Origin: Thermomicrobiales bacterium
GTDB taxonomy: Bacteria > Chloroflexota > Chloroflexia > Thermomicrobiales > CFX8
Direction of reading: 5' to 3'
DNA: 64,000 nucleotides
Assembly: GCA_041390865.1 (NCBI GenBank)
Contig: JAWKPC010000002.1
Location: 214,022 to 278,021 of the forward strand
Made by a program: the position numbers and the translations under genes. Below are positions 1 through 9,636 of this stretch, one piece after another. Within the stretch, counting starts at the first letter, position 1, and each line of letters begins with the position of its first letter. Under the pieces are notes generated by a model, which was given only the letters and a program-made list of their open reading frames with translations, was not told the DNA's origin and did not search any database.

Positions 1-233
1 TCCGGGAACCATGCGCCAGGGATCGAGCAGGGACGGAAGCTCGACGTAGCGAATATGGAGATTCGGACGCGGATCCTGTGCCAGCTCCCGCTCGATGGAC
101 GCCCGCCCGCGCGGGTGAGTCAGGACGAACACTTCGTGATGCTTTGACAAGTATCGACCCAGTGCCAGCCGATTCCCGCTTCCGACCCTCTTCCGGGTTC
201 ACATCCGTACGCAAGCAGCAGGATCTTCGCCAT
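1..233 (-). CDS. Glycosyltransferase family 4 (GT-B fold), N-terminal part; runs off the window start; frame break near 150-165
   Basis: ATG at 233 opens MAKILLLAYGCEPGRGSEAGIGWHWV, a typical GT4 N-terminus. The sense continues in another frame as LSKHHEVFVLTHPRGRASIERELAQDPRPNLHIRYVELPS up to position 1. Confidence 0.6.
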
Positions 234-387
234 TACCGAAGCGCCTCTCTTGAAAGCCCGATCTCGGGGCGAATAGCCGTACTCCAAACGTCGCCGGCCG
301 CCCGGACGGGATCGAGGTCTGCCAACGTGGCCACATGCCGGCTGGCCTGCCACCGCTTGCTATCGGGTACCGGCATTCGGAACGCGA

Positions 388-1413
388 TCATGCAGCCCGA
401 TCGCTCCGGCGATCTTCCATTGGATCGACGTCCCCGGGTGCCGGAGCGGTCGCCTCAATGGCCTCTTCCCGGCGAACGCGGGGGCGAAAGGCTTTCCCCC
501 ATACATTGCCGATCGCATACGAGGGATACATGAGCGTCGCCAGTCCCAGGAACATCAGCATCGCGAGCAGCGATCCCCCTGTACGCTCGATCGCGGCGCG
601 CTTGTAGAGGATGCTGCCGTAGTCTTTCCGAGCTATGTTCATTCGAGCAAGCACATTCGACTCTCGCTCCTGCTTCAGGAAGGAATCGAACGAAATTTCC
701 GGACTGCCCGAGCGGCGGCGCGCCGCGCAATCTTCGAGCCATCGGAACTGCCGCGCCTGAAGCATCAGCGAGCTTCGCGTCAATGAGCTTCCATGTACTC
801 GCACCTGCATCAGCACCTCGGGCTGTACCAGCACGGAGTACCCGGCTTCGGCGATCCGGTTCCAGAGGTCGGTATCTTCGGTGACGGTGAACTCGGGCCG
901 GTATCCGCCCACGAGCTCGACAATATCGCGGCGCATGATCGCGCCGGATTGAATGAAATAGATCACCTTACCGCTATCGATCCATTGCTGCACTTCGGAA
1001 CGAGTGGTCAGTGGATTGTCGTAATACCCGACGTTGCGGCCCTCGTCGTCGATGTAGTCCGCCAGGCATGACGCAACCACAACATCCGGGTTTGCTTCCA
1101 GGAAGGCGACCTGCCGCTCGAGCCGGTCGAGGGTCATCAGATCATCGGCGTCGAATCGAGCCACCCAGTCATGCTTCGCCTCGCGTAGTGCCAGATTGGC
1201 CGAACGCGAGACGCCCATGTTCTCGTGCCGGATCACCCGGATGCGCCCGTCTCGCCGCGCCGCTTGTTCGAGAATGTCCGGCGTCCCATCGGTCGAGCCG
1301 TCATCGACGATGAGAAATTCGAAGTCGGAATAGGTCTGGTTCAGCACGCTATCGATGGCCTCACGAAGCCAGCGTTGACCGTTGAAGACTGTCATCAGCA
1401 CACTAATCGCCAT
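388..1413 (-). CDS. Family 2 glycosyltransferase (GT-A fold)
   Basis: 341-aa ORF. The N-terminus ISVLMTVFNGQRWLREAIDSVLNQTYSDFEFLIVDDGSTDGT and the later RFDADD (DxD-like) are classic GT2 signatures. Confidence 0.85.
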   Translation of the reverse strand: MAISVLMTVFNGQRWLREAIDSVLNQTYSDFEFLIVDDGSTDGTPDILEQAARRDGRIRVIRHENMGVSRSANLALREAKHDWVARFDADDLMTLDRLERQVAFLEANPDVVVASCLADYIDDEGRNVGYYDNPLTTRSEVQQWIDSGKVIYFIQSGAIMRRDIVELVGGYRPEFTVTEDTDLWNRIAEAGYSVLVQPEVLMQVRVHGSSLTRSSLMLQARQFRWLEDCAARRRSGSPEISFDSFLKQERESNVLARMNIARKDYGSILYKRAAIERTGGSLLAMLMFLGLATLMYPSYAIGNVWGKAFRPRVRREEAIEATAPAPGDVDPMEDRRSDRAA

Positions 1414-2725
1414 GAGCAGGTACCTCCAACGGCGTAAGATCGACCATCGGCGCCGGCGTATCCGTCGATTGTGGCCGGTGGATCAACTGGTGAGCGAGCG
1501 CGCCCATCAAGGTGCAACCCACGATAATGTCGGTCACGAGCGCACCACCGATTCCGAAGATCCAGATAAGCGGCACACCCGCGCTAATCGCCATGACAAG
1601 TGTTACTACCTCACCATACAGCACCGCCCTGGTGATCCTCATCGCGCTCAGCACGACGGTAAGAACCTGTCCGCCGTAGGCGAGCAGATAGACGGCGCTA
1701 AACAGCCAGACCAGCCAGGCATAACCATCGTATTGCCCGGCGTAAAGCCGATGAAGTAATGGTCTCGCAACAAGACTCACCGCGACAAGGTACAGGAGTA
1801 TGGGTATCAGCCCCAGGACGCAAATTCGGATGAGATATCGTCGCATTGCAGGCAGACCGTCCCGCGTGTGGATCGCGGCGGCACGCGGCATGGCGATGGA
1901 TTTGATCGCATTCATCATGATGTGCGTCGGCGCGACGAGGTTCTGGGTCGCCCGGTAGAGTCCGGCGGCCGTGACGCTCACGAGCCCGCCGATAAGCATC
2001 AAATGCAGCTGGATCCGGCCGCTCTGGACCAGGTTGGCGCCGAACAGCCACTTCCCGAATCGCCAGTTCTCTTCAACGACGGTGCGGTCAAATCCCAGAT
2101 CCAGCCGGTCCTGAAGGTGCCAGAGCGCAACGAGAGCGGCCAGGGCCGACGTCGCGGCAAGCACATAGATCGCGAGCGGTCCCGTCAACGCGCCTGCGAG
2201 CCAGATACCTGCGATTCCGATGATCTGTCCACCGTAGCTGATCATGTCGTTCAAGAACGCTTCCCGTACCCGCCCTTCCGTGTAATAGACACGGCGCAGG
2301 TATTCCTGAATTTGCCAGGCGATAATCGCCGGCGCGGTGGCGATCAGGAGCGGAGCTGCCGTCCAACCAAGCTCGACGGCGGCAATGAATGCCCCGACCG
2401 CCAGAATCCCGAGCAGCAGGCTGAACGCCAACTGCGTGATGAGCGTCGTCGTCGTATACCGAACGTATTCGGCTCCAGTCAGCGACGATCCGAGAACGTT
2501 GTGGGGCTGGGTAAACAGACCGCTCTGGAGCGCATTGAAGAGCAACAGCGCGCCATAGATCAGCACGAACGCGCCGAAATCATCCGGCGTCAGCACCCGG
2601 GCAAGCAGGATCATCGTCAGGAAACTGGTAAGCGAAACGATCGCCTGATCGGCGAGCCCCCAGAAGCTGCTACCGATCAGACTCAGGAGTCGATCTCTAA
2701 GCTGAGACCCCTGGAATGTGCTCAT
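1403..2725 (-). CDS. Polysaccharide/oligosaccharide flippase, Wzx-like (MOP superfamily)
   Basis: 440-aa ORF that is strongly hydrophobic and multi-pass throughout. The N-terminus resembles polysaccharide biosynthesis (Wzx) proteins. It overlaps the downstream GT2 by 11 bp, which suggests an operon. Confidence 0.75.
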   Translation of the reverse strand: MSTFQGSQLRDRLLSLIGSSFWGLADQAIVSLTSFLTMILLARVLTPDDFGAFVLIYGALLLFNALQSGLFTQPHNVLGSSLTGAEYVRYTTTTLITQLAFSLLLGILAVGAFIAAVELGWTAAPLLIATAPAIIAWQIQEYLRRVYYTEGRVREAFLNDMISYGGQIIGIAGIWLAGALTGPLAIYVLAATSALAALVALWHLQDRLDLGFDRTVVEENWRFGKWLFGANLVQSGRIQLHLMLIGGLVSVTAAGLYRATQNLVAPTHIMMNAIKSIAMPRAAAIHTRDGLPAMRRYLIRICVLGLIPILLYLVAVSLVARPLLHRLYAGQYDGYAWLVWLFSAVYLLAYGGQVLTVVLSAMRITRAVLYGEVVTLVMAISAGVPLIWIFGIGGALVTDIIVGCTLMGALAHQLIHRPQSTDTPAPMVDLTPLEVPAHGD

Positions 2726-2807
2726 CGAATCATCTGCCAGGAGTAAACCCTCGCATCGGCACCGGCAGGGGCGCTGGCCGCGCTACCCCGCCGGTGTATT
2801 AAGGAAG

Positions 2808-3809
2808 CTAGTCCCCGTCCGCGACCATCGCGATTGGCGCCGACTTCTGCCCGGTTCGTTCGAGCTCCTGCTCGATCCAGGCATAGGTCGTGCGCAGACC
2901 TTCGGATAGCGGAGTCAACGGTTCCCAGCCCAACAGCTCGCGGATGAGCGTATTGTCGCTGTTCCGTCCCCGAACGCCCTGCGGCTTGGTCAGATCGTGC
3001 CGCTTCGAGATCGACTTGCCGGCGATTCCTGCGACGATATCGACCAGCTGATTGATCGTCACCATCTCCTCAGTTCCCACATTCAGCGGAACGTGAATGT
3101 CGGAATGCATTAGGCGGTGGACGCCCTCAACACAGTCATCGACGTACATGAACGAGCGAGTCTGCTTGCCGTCGCCCCAGATCTCGATCTCATCAATGGA
3201 ATTGGCCAGGGCAATCTTGCGAGAGATCGCCGCCGGAGCCTTTTCCTTGCCACCGTCGTAGGTGCCGAGCGGGCCGTAGACATTGTGGAAACGGGCCACG
3301 CGCGTTTCCATGCCGAAATCTTCGTAGTAATACTGGCACAGCTTCTCGGTGAAGAGCTTCTCCCAGCCATACCCCTCTTCCGGGGCGGCCGGATGAGCGT
3401 ACTCCTCTTTGAGCTCGACAACGTCGGCGTCTTCCTGGCGGTAATCAGGGTAGACGCAGGCGGACGACGAGAAGAGGAAGCGCGGCACGCCGGCCTGGTG
3501 CGCGGCTTCGAGCATGTGCGTATTGATAAGGATGTCGTTCCGTGCGATCGCGGCATGAACCGAGCTGATGTAGCCGATCCCGCCCATATCGGCGGCCAGA
3601 TGATAGACCTCGTCGACGCCTTCAACTGCCTGCTGGCAATTCTCCCAGCGGCGGAGATCGACCTGGAGGAACTCATGAGCAGCACTCGGCTCAAACTCGG
3701 GGAGCTTGATATCGGCTCCGCGTACCCAATATCCCTTCTCGACCAGGTAGTTCACCAGGTGGTGACCGATAAAGCCACCGGCGCCGGTCACCAGTACACG
3801 CGTTGTCAT
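2808..3809 (-). CDS. gme: GDP-mannose 3,5-epimerase (extended SDR)
   Basis: I moved the start to ATG 3809 (MTTRVLVTGAGGFIGHHL, Rossmann GxxGxxG). The blocks LAADMGGIGYI, SSACVYPDY, RFHNVYGPLGTYDGGKEKAPAA, WGDGKQTRSF and GVRGRNSDNTLIRELLGW line up with plant and bacterial GME as I recall it. An ATGA start/stop overlap links it to the upstream GT26 gene. The 87-codon upstream extension in the ORF track looks non-coding. Confidence 0.85.
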   Translation of the reverse strand: MTTRVLVTGAGGFIGHHLVNYLVEKGYWVRGADIKLPEFEPSAAHEFLQVDLRRWENCQQAVEGVDEVYHLAADMGGIGYISSVHAAIARNDILINTHMLEAAHQAGVPRFLFSSSACVYPDYRQEDADVVELKEEYAHPAAPEEGYGWEKLFTEKLCQYYYEDFGMETRVARFHNVYGPLGTYDGGKEKAPAAISRKIALANSIDEIEIWGDGKQTRSFMYVDDCVEGVHRLMHSDIHVPLNVGTEEMVTINQLVDIVAGIAGKSISKRHDLTKPQGVRGRNSDNTLIRELLGWEPLTPLSEGLRTTYAWIEQELERTGQKSAPIAMVADGD

Positions 3810-4651
3810 GTGCGAACACTCCTCACTATGGTCCGGGCAAGCTGAGCGCTGAATAGCCCAACGAAGCGCGGGTTGTGATACAGATAACGGCGCCAGAGCC
3901 GGCGAGGCTCCGTCACCAACCGAAATAGCCATTCGAGCCCGTGTCTCTGCATGAAACCGGGCGCCTGATGTTTGGTCTTCCCCACGTAATCGAAGGCAGC
4001 TCCAACGCCGACAAGCACGGCATCGAGTCGATCGCGACGCGCATGCATCCAGCGTTCTTGCTTCGGGCACCCCAGCCCAACGAAGATGATCCGCGCCCCC
4101 GAAGCGCGAATTTCCTGGATCTCCCGCTCAACCTCCTCTTCGGTCAGCTCGCGAAACGGCGGGCTGCACTGGTAGGCGACATCCAGATCCGGATACGCCT
4201 GGCGCAAGTTCCCGACCATCGCGTCGAGCACCTCCGGCGAACTTCCATAGAAACCAACCGGCAGACCTTCGGCTGCCGCACGCTCGCAGACAAGCGGCGT
4301 CAGATCCGGGCCATAAACACGCTCCGACCTGCGTGCGCCGAGCAGGCGCAGCGCCCAGACCAGCGGCATGCCATCCGACGTGACCAGATCCGCAGCATTG
4401 ACGACCTGCTGATAGTCTCGATTGTCGTGGCCTTCCATAACCATGTGGACCGTCGACACGCAGACATACCGGGAGGCTTGCTCACGCGCCCAGCTCGTGA
4501 TCAAATCAACCGCTCCGGCGTAGTTCGTGCCATCAACCCGGGTACCGACGATCTCCCGCGACTCGACCGGTATCGGTTGAGCCCGCAACGGCGGGCTGAC
4601 GGCTATGGGCGGCGATGAGACGACGACGTTAGGTGAAGCGCTGATCGACAT
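3806..4651 (-). CDS. WecB/TagA/CpsF family (GT26) glycosyltransferase
   Basis: 281-aa ORF with TSDGMPLVWALRLLG, VGLGCPKQERWM, VGVGAAFDY and GLEWLFRLVTEPRRLWRRY, all characteristic of TagA/WecG-type enzymes. Confidence 0.8.
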   Translation of the reverse strand: MSISASPNVVVSSPPIAVSPPLRAQPIPVESREIVGTRVDGTNYAGAVDLITSWAREQASRYVCVSTVHMVMEGHDNRDYQQVVNAADLVTSDGMPLVWALRLLGARRSERVYGPDLTPLVCERAAAEGLPVGFYGSSPEVLDAMVGNLRQAYPDLDVAYQCSPPFRELTEEEVEREIQEIRASGARIIFVGLGCPKQERWMHARRDRLDAVLVGVGAAFDYVGKTKHQAPGFMQRHGLEWLFRLVTEPRRLWRRYLYHNPRFVGLFSAQLARTIVRSVRT

Positions 4652-4687
4652 GGAGACTTTCCCTCCCGCTGGGAAAACGAACGCGAT

Positions 4688-5413
4688 TTAGAAGGCGCCG
4701 CGACGCCCGATGAGTGCACCGAAGGTTCGGAAAAAGATGCGCAGGTCGAGCATGAACGAGCAGTTCTGAACGTAGTAGATATCCAGCTCGGTGTTTTCGT
4801 GCATCGGACGGTCGCTCCGTCCGGTGACCTGCCACCACCCGGATAATCCGGGCCGGACGAGATGACGTTCGTGCTGCCACGGCTCGTATCGCGCGACGAT
4901 GGACGGAAGTTCCGGACGCGGGCCAATGAAGCTCATCTCGCCCTTAAGGACATTCACGATCTGCGGAAGCTCGTCGAGGCTCGTCCGCCGCAGGAACGCA
5001 CCCGTCTTCGTGACGCGGGGATCTTTGCGCGTCTTGTGGTGCTTGCGGCGTTCCTTGCCGAGGAACGGCTTCTGGCGGGTCCGGCGATCGGGGATCATGG
5101 TGCGGAATTTGTAAATGGTAAAGATCCCGCCGTCGCGGCCGACGCGTTCCTGACGGAAGATCACGTTGCCCCTGGACTCCAGGCGAATTGCCAGGATGAT
5201 CAGGAGCAGCAACGGACTGAGAATCGCCAGGAGCATGAGCGACCCGGCAATATCCGCCGCGCGTTTGATCCACGCCACATAAATGACACGAAAGACGCTC
5301 ACCTCGCTCGCCACATCGAGATAGGTTAGCCAGGCCTCAGCATCTTCCTGCTGCGCCGGCGATGTCATCACTCGAAGGTGGCTGACCACTGAATTATGAG
5401 TAGTGCGTGACAT
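4688..5413 (-). CDS. Polyprenyl-phosphate sugar-1-phosphate transferase (small bacterial sugar transferase, priming enzyme)
   Basis: 241-aa ORF with one N-terminal TM helix. Motifs: [43 protein letters not shown] and [11 protein letters not shown]. An alternative start lies at MTSPAQQ (5368). Confidence 0.85.
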   Translation of the reverse strand: MSRTTHNSVVSHLRVMTSPAQQEDAEAWLTYLDVASEVSVFRVIYVAWIKRAADIAGSLMLLAILSPLLLLIILAIRLESRGNVIFRQERVGRDGGIFTIYKFRTMIPDRRTRQKPFLGKERRKHHKTRKDPRVTKTGAFLRRTSLDELPQIVNVLKGEMSFIGPRPELPSIVARYEPWQHERHLVRPGLSGWWQVTGRSDRPMHENTELDIYYVQNCSFMLDLRIFFRTFGALIGRRGAF

Positions 5414-5744
5414 AGTTCCCCTGGACCGTGACTCTCAGCAATTCCCGCATCTCACCTAATTGTCCTGGTAGGGTCCTGGGTCGATAAGATTTCCGAGTCC
5501 CAATCCTCCCAGTACTCTGGTACTTCCCCGCATATGACCGAAATCTGACACATGTGCAACCCGCATCGGTGGACAGTTCTGGACATAACCAATCCATCTG
5601 CCTTCCAATACATGAAACGGATGAGACCTCCAATCGGTTGCATTTCAGTAAATAGTCCCGTTTCCCAGTGGCAAATATGGGACTCTCGTACCTGGAAGCA
5701 CCCCGGGATTGCTCGGTTATGGTTCGATTGGGGAGGCTAGAGCA

Positions 5745-7072
5745 ATGCAGAAAGATCGAGGCAACACGTTGCGCATCATTCATGTCGGAGGACATTCGTC
5801 GCCATGGAGCGTTGACGGGATTAATGCCGTAATCTGGTCCGTTGCCGCCGAGCACGCGCGCATGGGACACCAGGTCGGTCTGCTGGTCAGCGATGCACCG
5901 GATGAAGAATCCATTCAATACGCTGAGGACGCAGGCATCGAGATCATCCACGTCCCGGCAACGCGCTGGCGCTTCGCTCCTCGGTGAACCGGTCGTTCAT
6001 CATCGAGCCGGCGGCCGACCTCGTGCACTTCCATTCCGTCTTCGTACCCCGGCAGGCAACGCTCGCCCGGGAGCTCCGCCGTCTGGGCATTCCCTATGTC
6101 GTAACTCCCCACGGCGGACTCATGCCGCAGGTGCTGGAACGGGGGAAGGCCAAGAAGCTCGTCTACAGCGCATTCGTCGAACGTGAGCGAATTCGGAAGG
6201 CGTCCGGAATAGCCTACGTGACGCCGGACGGAGAAGGCGACATCCGCAAGTACATCGGGCAATTCGATGGGCCCGTCCATTGGGTGCCGAATCCGGTCAA
6301 TATCGGTCAGTTGCAAGCGCACTCCTGGCAGCCAGATGGCGCACGACCGCGACTCACGTTTCTCGGTCGCTACGACGTGTACCACAAGGGAATCGACCGG
6401 TTGGCCAATGTCGCCCAGCGGATTATTGACGCGGATTTCCAACTGTATGGCATTCGCGACCAAAAGACCAGTCGATACCTCGATGTTCTAGAGGAATTCG
6501 GGCCACCGAACTTCCACGTTAACAGCCCGATCTTCGGCGAGGAGAAACTCTCCGCCCTCAGCAGATCAACCATGTACGTACAGCTCTCGCGCTGGGAAGC
6601 GCTTTCGATTTCGATTCTGGAGGCGATGGCGATCGGTGTCCCTTGCGTCATCGGCGAAGGGATGTCGATGGCGTCGATATTCACGACGAACGACCTGGGA
6701 CTCGTCGTTTCGACGAATCCCGACCTGGCGGCACGTCAGATCCTCGCCGCGCTCGATCAGCCTGAGCAACTTCGTGCATGGTCGGAACGATCCCGCGCCT
6801 ATGTCATAGAGAATTTCCTGCCGGCGAGAGTCGCCGAACGCATCATTACCGTCTATGAGGAAGCCCTCGACTTCTATTTCTCAACGGGGCGTGGCGCGAG
6901 TTTCGTCACGCCGATCGAAGGAAACGGTGAACGATCGGATCCGTTGACAGGCTTCGGTAATCAGCACAATCAGAAGAAGCGAGATTCCAAGAATTTCGAG
7001 TATCTCTTCGATCGACGCCAACGTGGCATAGAGCAGGTTGTCGATACCTTCGCCGCCAGCGACGACGCCTGA
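5745..7072 (+). CDS. Glycosyltransferase family 4, split by a frame break at ~5960-5990; 3' end uncertain
   Basis: ATG 5745 is preceded by GGGGAGG. The N-terminal piece is MQKDRGNTLRIIHVGGHSSPWSVDGINAVIWSVAAEHARMGHQV. The continuation from 5984 in another frame is LVHFHSVFVPRQ...TPHGGLMP...SRWEALSISILEAMAIGVPCV (EX7E-type GT-B C-domain). The tail past ~6890 overlaps real TM-coding sequence of the convergent gene and is doubtful. Confidence 0.65.
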
Positions 7073-7693
7073 CGCCGTTTCCATTCCTAACGCACCAGTG
7101 AGATAGACCGCCCCAGCCAGGATCAGGCCGTTGCGTGTCCAGGGCGAGAGGCTCCGGAGGAACGGGACGAACGCGAGCCCGATCAGCCCAGCGGCTGCGG
7201 CTCCCGGTATGACCCAGGCGAAATAGAAGATGCCGTCGGTGGTGATCTTGTCGCCGATGATCTCGCCGATCGACTCGTGAGCCAGAACCTGCTCGTCAAC
7301 CGAGAGCGTGGCGAAAATCAGGCAAAGGGCGCCCCAGTGTTTCCACATCGGGTTGGCCGCGCGCCGCGTGGCCCAGGCAATGAGCCCGAAGAGCACGGAG
7401 GCAGCCATGAGCAGCATGATGCTGTACCAGGTTGGGAACGAGAACTCTCGATCGAGATCGAACATCTTGACGACCTGAACCCAGCCGGGAATGGATGGGG
7501 AGAGCGTCGCGTCGATTGTCTGCAGAACGATATCAGTCACGCCGAGGAAGACGACGGCCGAAAACAAGAACCGTGCGGCGAGGTCCGGCTGAATCACCAG
7601 CTCGGACGGCGCAATTTCGACTTCCCGCACGATTCCGTCGAACGTATCCTTGGACGCCTGATCGGCGTCCCGCGTCGCTGACGTGACGGTCAT
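6881..7693 (-). CDS. Polytopic membrane protein, unrecognised family (paralog 1 of 3 in this window)
   Basis: The start is probably ATG 7693 (MTVTSATRD). The protein is multi-pass hydrophobic. It shares the blocks FDLDREFSFPTWYS, SVDEQ, GMETASG and IEEILEILG with 42242-43027 and with the C-terminal third of 40729-42252. Confidence 0.65.
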   Translation of the reverse strand: MTVTSATRDADQASKDTFDGIVREVEIAPSELVIQPDLAARFLFSAVVFLGVTDIVLQTIDATLSPSIPGWVQVVKMFDLDREFSFPTWYSIMLLMAASVLFGLIAWATRRAANPMWKHWGALCLIFATLSVDEQVLAHESIGEIIGDKITTDGIFYFAWVIPGAAAAGLIGLAFVPFLRSLSPWTRNGLILAGAVYLTGALGMETASGVVAGGEGIDNLLYATLASIEEILEILGISLLLIVLITEACQRIRSFTVSFDRRDETRATPR

Positions 7694-7823
7694 TACACCC
7701 CTAATCCCTTCACGTCCGCTAATCATATCTTTACAAGTCGCTAACAATCAGCGGATGAAGGTCCAGGTGCGGGGAGCCGCAGGTCACAGAAGCGTCGTTG
7801 ACCGGTCGGCCAACCTCCCGCTG

Positions 7824-9413
7824 CTACTCGTGAGATTCTGGATCGAGCGGCATATCGCGCGACGCGAGAATGGACCGGGCATCGTCCGAGCTGATCAGGA
7901 TGCCGTTTTCCTCGCCGCCGGTGGCATTGAAACTGCCGAGATCGTCGAGTCCGAATCGCTCGTGCTGTCCCCAGGTAAAGGGCAGAAACGCCCCCTCCGG
8001 GGCAGCATGATAGTAGCGGTTGTTCGCGCCACGGTTGTTCGAGGATTCAGCGGTGAGCTGCCCGGACCAATCTTCGAGCCAGGCAAGCATGTACGTGTTC
8101 TGCGACCAGTCGGTCATCAGGACAATGACGTTGTCACGGACCTGATTGTTCACAACATCAGTGTAACCATCGCGCGCCTGGGAGATCATCGAGATGCCGT
8201 CCCCATTCCAGGCGACGACGTTGCCGGTTACCTCGGTATCCCGGCAATTCTGGCAGACGAATCCACCGCCAAAGCCCCAGTCGGTGAAGCCCCAGCCGTT
8301 TTCCCAGATCTGGTTGTCGACAATCCGGCCGAACCGGCTGATCTCGTAGAGGATTCCGTAGCGGCGGTTGTGATGGACGCGGTTCTGCTCGATCGAGACA
8401 TGATCGCTCTCGACATCGCACCAGATACCTGCAGCATTGTTGTCAAAGACCTCGTTCTGGTGGACGACGGAACGAGCGAGGCCGGAGAGCTTCATGCCGC
8501 CGGCTTCCCAGCCCCCCTCAAAATCCTCGGTGTTATTGGAATGGACGCGGTTGTGAGCGATCTCGACGTCCCACGCGAACCAGCTGTGAATACCCATCCG
8601 GCCGCCGTAGGCGATCTCATTGCCGAGGATCTTGAGGTTGCCGCCTTCGCGAATCGAGATGACCGCCATATGGGCATGGAGCAGGGTATTGCCCTGGACC
8701 GTCCAGTTCGAGAACCGGCCGTTGCTCAACGCACCCTCGTGAAGACGGTCCGCGGCATGACGCATCGTGAATCCCTGAATCGTGATGCCGTCGGAAGCGC
8801 TGATAATCCACGCCGTTCGCGTCGTGACTTCGACGTTGCCGGAGGCCGGATCGTCCGCCAGGACGATCTCGCCGGCGGAGTTGACGGCGAACTGCCCCTG
8901 GACCGGGAGACCTTCAACCTGGTAGAGCGGATTCCCGTCGATGAATACCTGATGCGGCCAGTTGCAGCGGCCGTTGCTTCCGTCGCGGCACCATTCACCG
9001 GTGATCTCGAACTGCGGCGCGCCACCGTGATACCAGTGTTCTCCGCGGCGTTCCCAGCCGCTGGACCAGATGTCGCTGCCGCGAATCTCGGCCCCCGGCT
9101 CTCCGATGATGGTGAGCGGCTTGTCGATGACGGCGGTTTCACGATAGATCCCGCGTGGAATGGTGAGGACAGAATCTGGCGCGGCAGCGTCGATGCGTTT
9201 CTGCAGCGCGCCAGGCGGCATCTCCTGCGGAGGAGCTTCCTCAGCCTGCGGCGACGTCGAACTGCGGTTCAACGAGCCGGCGCGTTCTTCGGCGGTCGCC
9301 TGGAATGGCAGCGCCAACAGCAAACAGAATGCGGCCAGAAACACCCGCCATGGATGAAGCCACCTGGTCATGTTCGTCCCCCGAACCCGAAGCAGCGAGC
9401 GCGCTCTGCGCAT
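7824..9413 (-). CDS. Secreted right-handed parallel beta-helix (PbH1) protein, putative polysaccharide-active enzyme (paralog A)
   Basis: Signal peptide WRVFLAAFCLLLALPFQATA. The likely start is ATG 9371, with 9413 as an alternative. The gene has repeated beta-helix turns and a conserved core GIWCDVESDHVSIEQNRVHHNRRYGILYEIS...VVAWNGDGISMISQ, shared with the two downstream paralogs. Confidence 0.8.
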   Translation of the reverse strand: MRRARSLLRVRGTNMTRWLHPWRVFLAAFCLLLALPFQATAEERAGSLNRSSTSPQAEEAPPQEMPPGALQKRIDAAAPDSVLTIPRGIYRETAVIDKPLTIIGEPGAEIRGSDIWSSGWERRGEHWYHGGAPQFEITGEWCRDGSNGRCNWPHQVFIDGNPLYQVEGLPVQGQFAVNSAGEIVLADDPASGNVEVTTRTAWIISASDGITIQGFTMRHAADRLHEGALSNGRFSNWTVQGNTLLHAHMAVISIREGGNLKILGNEIAYGGRMGIHSWFAWDVEIAHNRVHSNNTEDFEGGWEAGGMKLSGLARSVVHQNEVFDNNAAGIWCDVESDHVSIEQNRVHHNRRYGILYEISRFGRIVDNQIWENGWGFTDWGFGGGFVCQNCRDTEVTGNVVAWNGDGISMISQARDGYTDVVNNQVRDNVIVLMTDWSQNTYMLAWLEDWSGQLTAESSNNRGANNRYYHAAPEGAFLPFTWGQHERFGLDDLGSFNATGGEENGILISSDDARSILASRDMPLDPESHE

Positions 9414-9560
9414 TCAGCCTGAGCCTACGCGAACCGTAGATTGTTCTTTCCGGTTCCCCAACCGTCGAAGAAAAGCCTACTCCGGTTCCTGGAGGCTCGC
9501 AACAGGATGAGCGTACTGCTCTTCCAGGACCAGAGAGCCGTTTCCATGACCGCCGTACTT

Positions 9561-9606
9561 CCCAGAGTGAGAGAACAGCGCCCGGCCAGTGTGACCGGGC
9601 GCTGTT
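9561..9606 (-). terminator. Hairpin terminator downstream of 9637-11883
   Basis: A 12-bp GC-rich stem AACAGCGCCCGG / CCGGGCGCTGTT (9574-9606) with a 9-nt loop. It is followed on the minus strand by a pyrimidine-rich tail, CTCTCACTCTGG. The U-tract is weak. Confidence 0.5.
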
Positions 9607-9636
9607 TCGCGCAGTCGAGCTGACCGCGACCAGTCT

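Noticed and set aside
2808-4070. Full 420-aa version of the epimerase ORF
   Set aside because: The first 87 codons are Arg/Cys/Ser-rich, lie inside the GT26 gene in another frame, and precede the Rossmann motif. ATG 3809, with its ATGA coupling, is the credible start.
7683-9422. 579-aa plus-strand ORF, the longest plus-strand ORF in this region
   Set aside because: It lies entirely antisense to the beta-helix gene 7824-9413. Its composition is Arg/Ala/Val/Asp-rich with no motifs. This is a typical shadow ORF opposite a GC3-rich gene, and the minus-strand product has clear signal peptide and family blocks.
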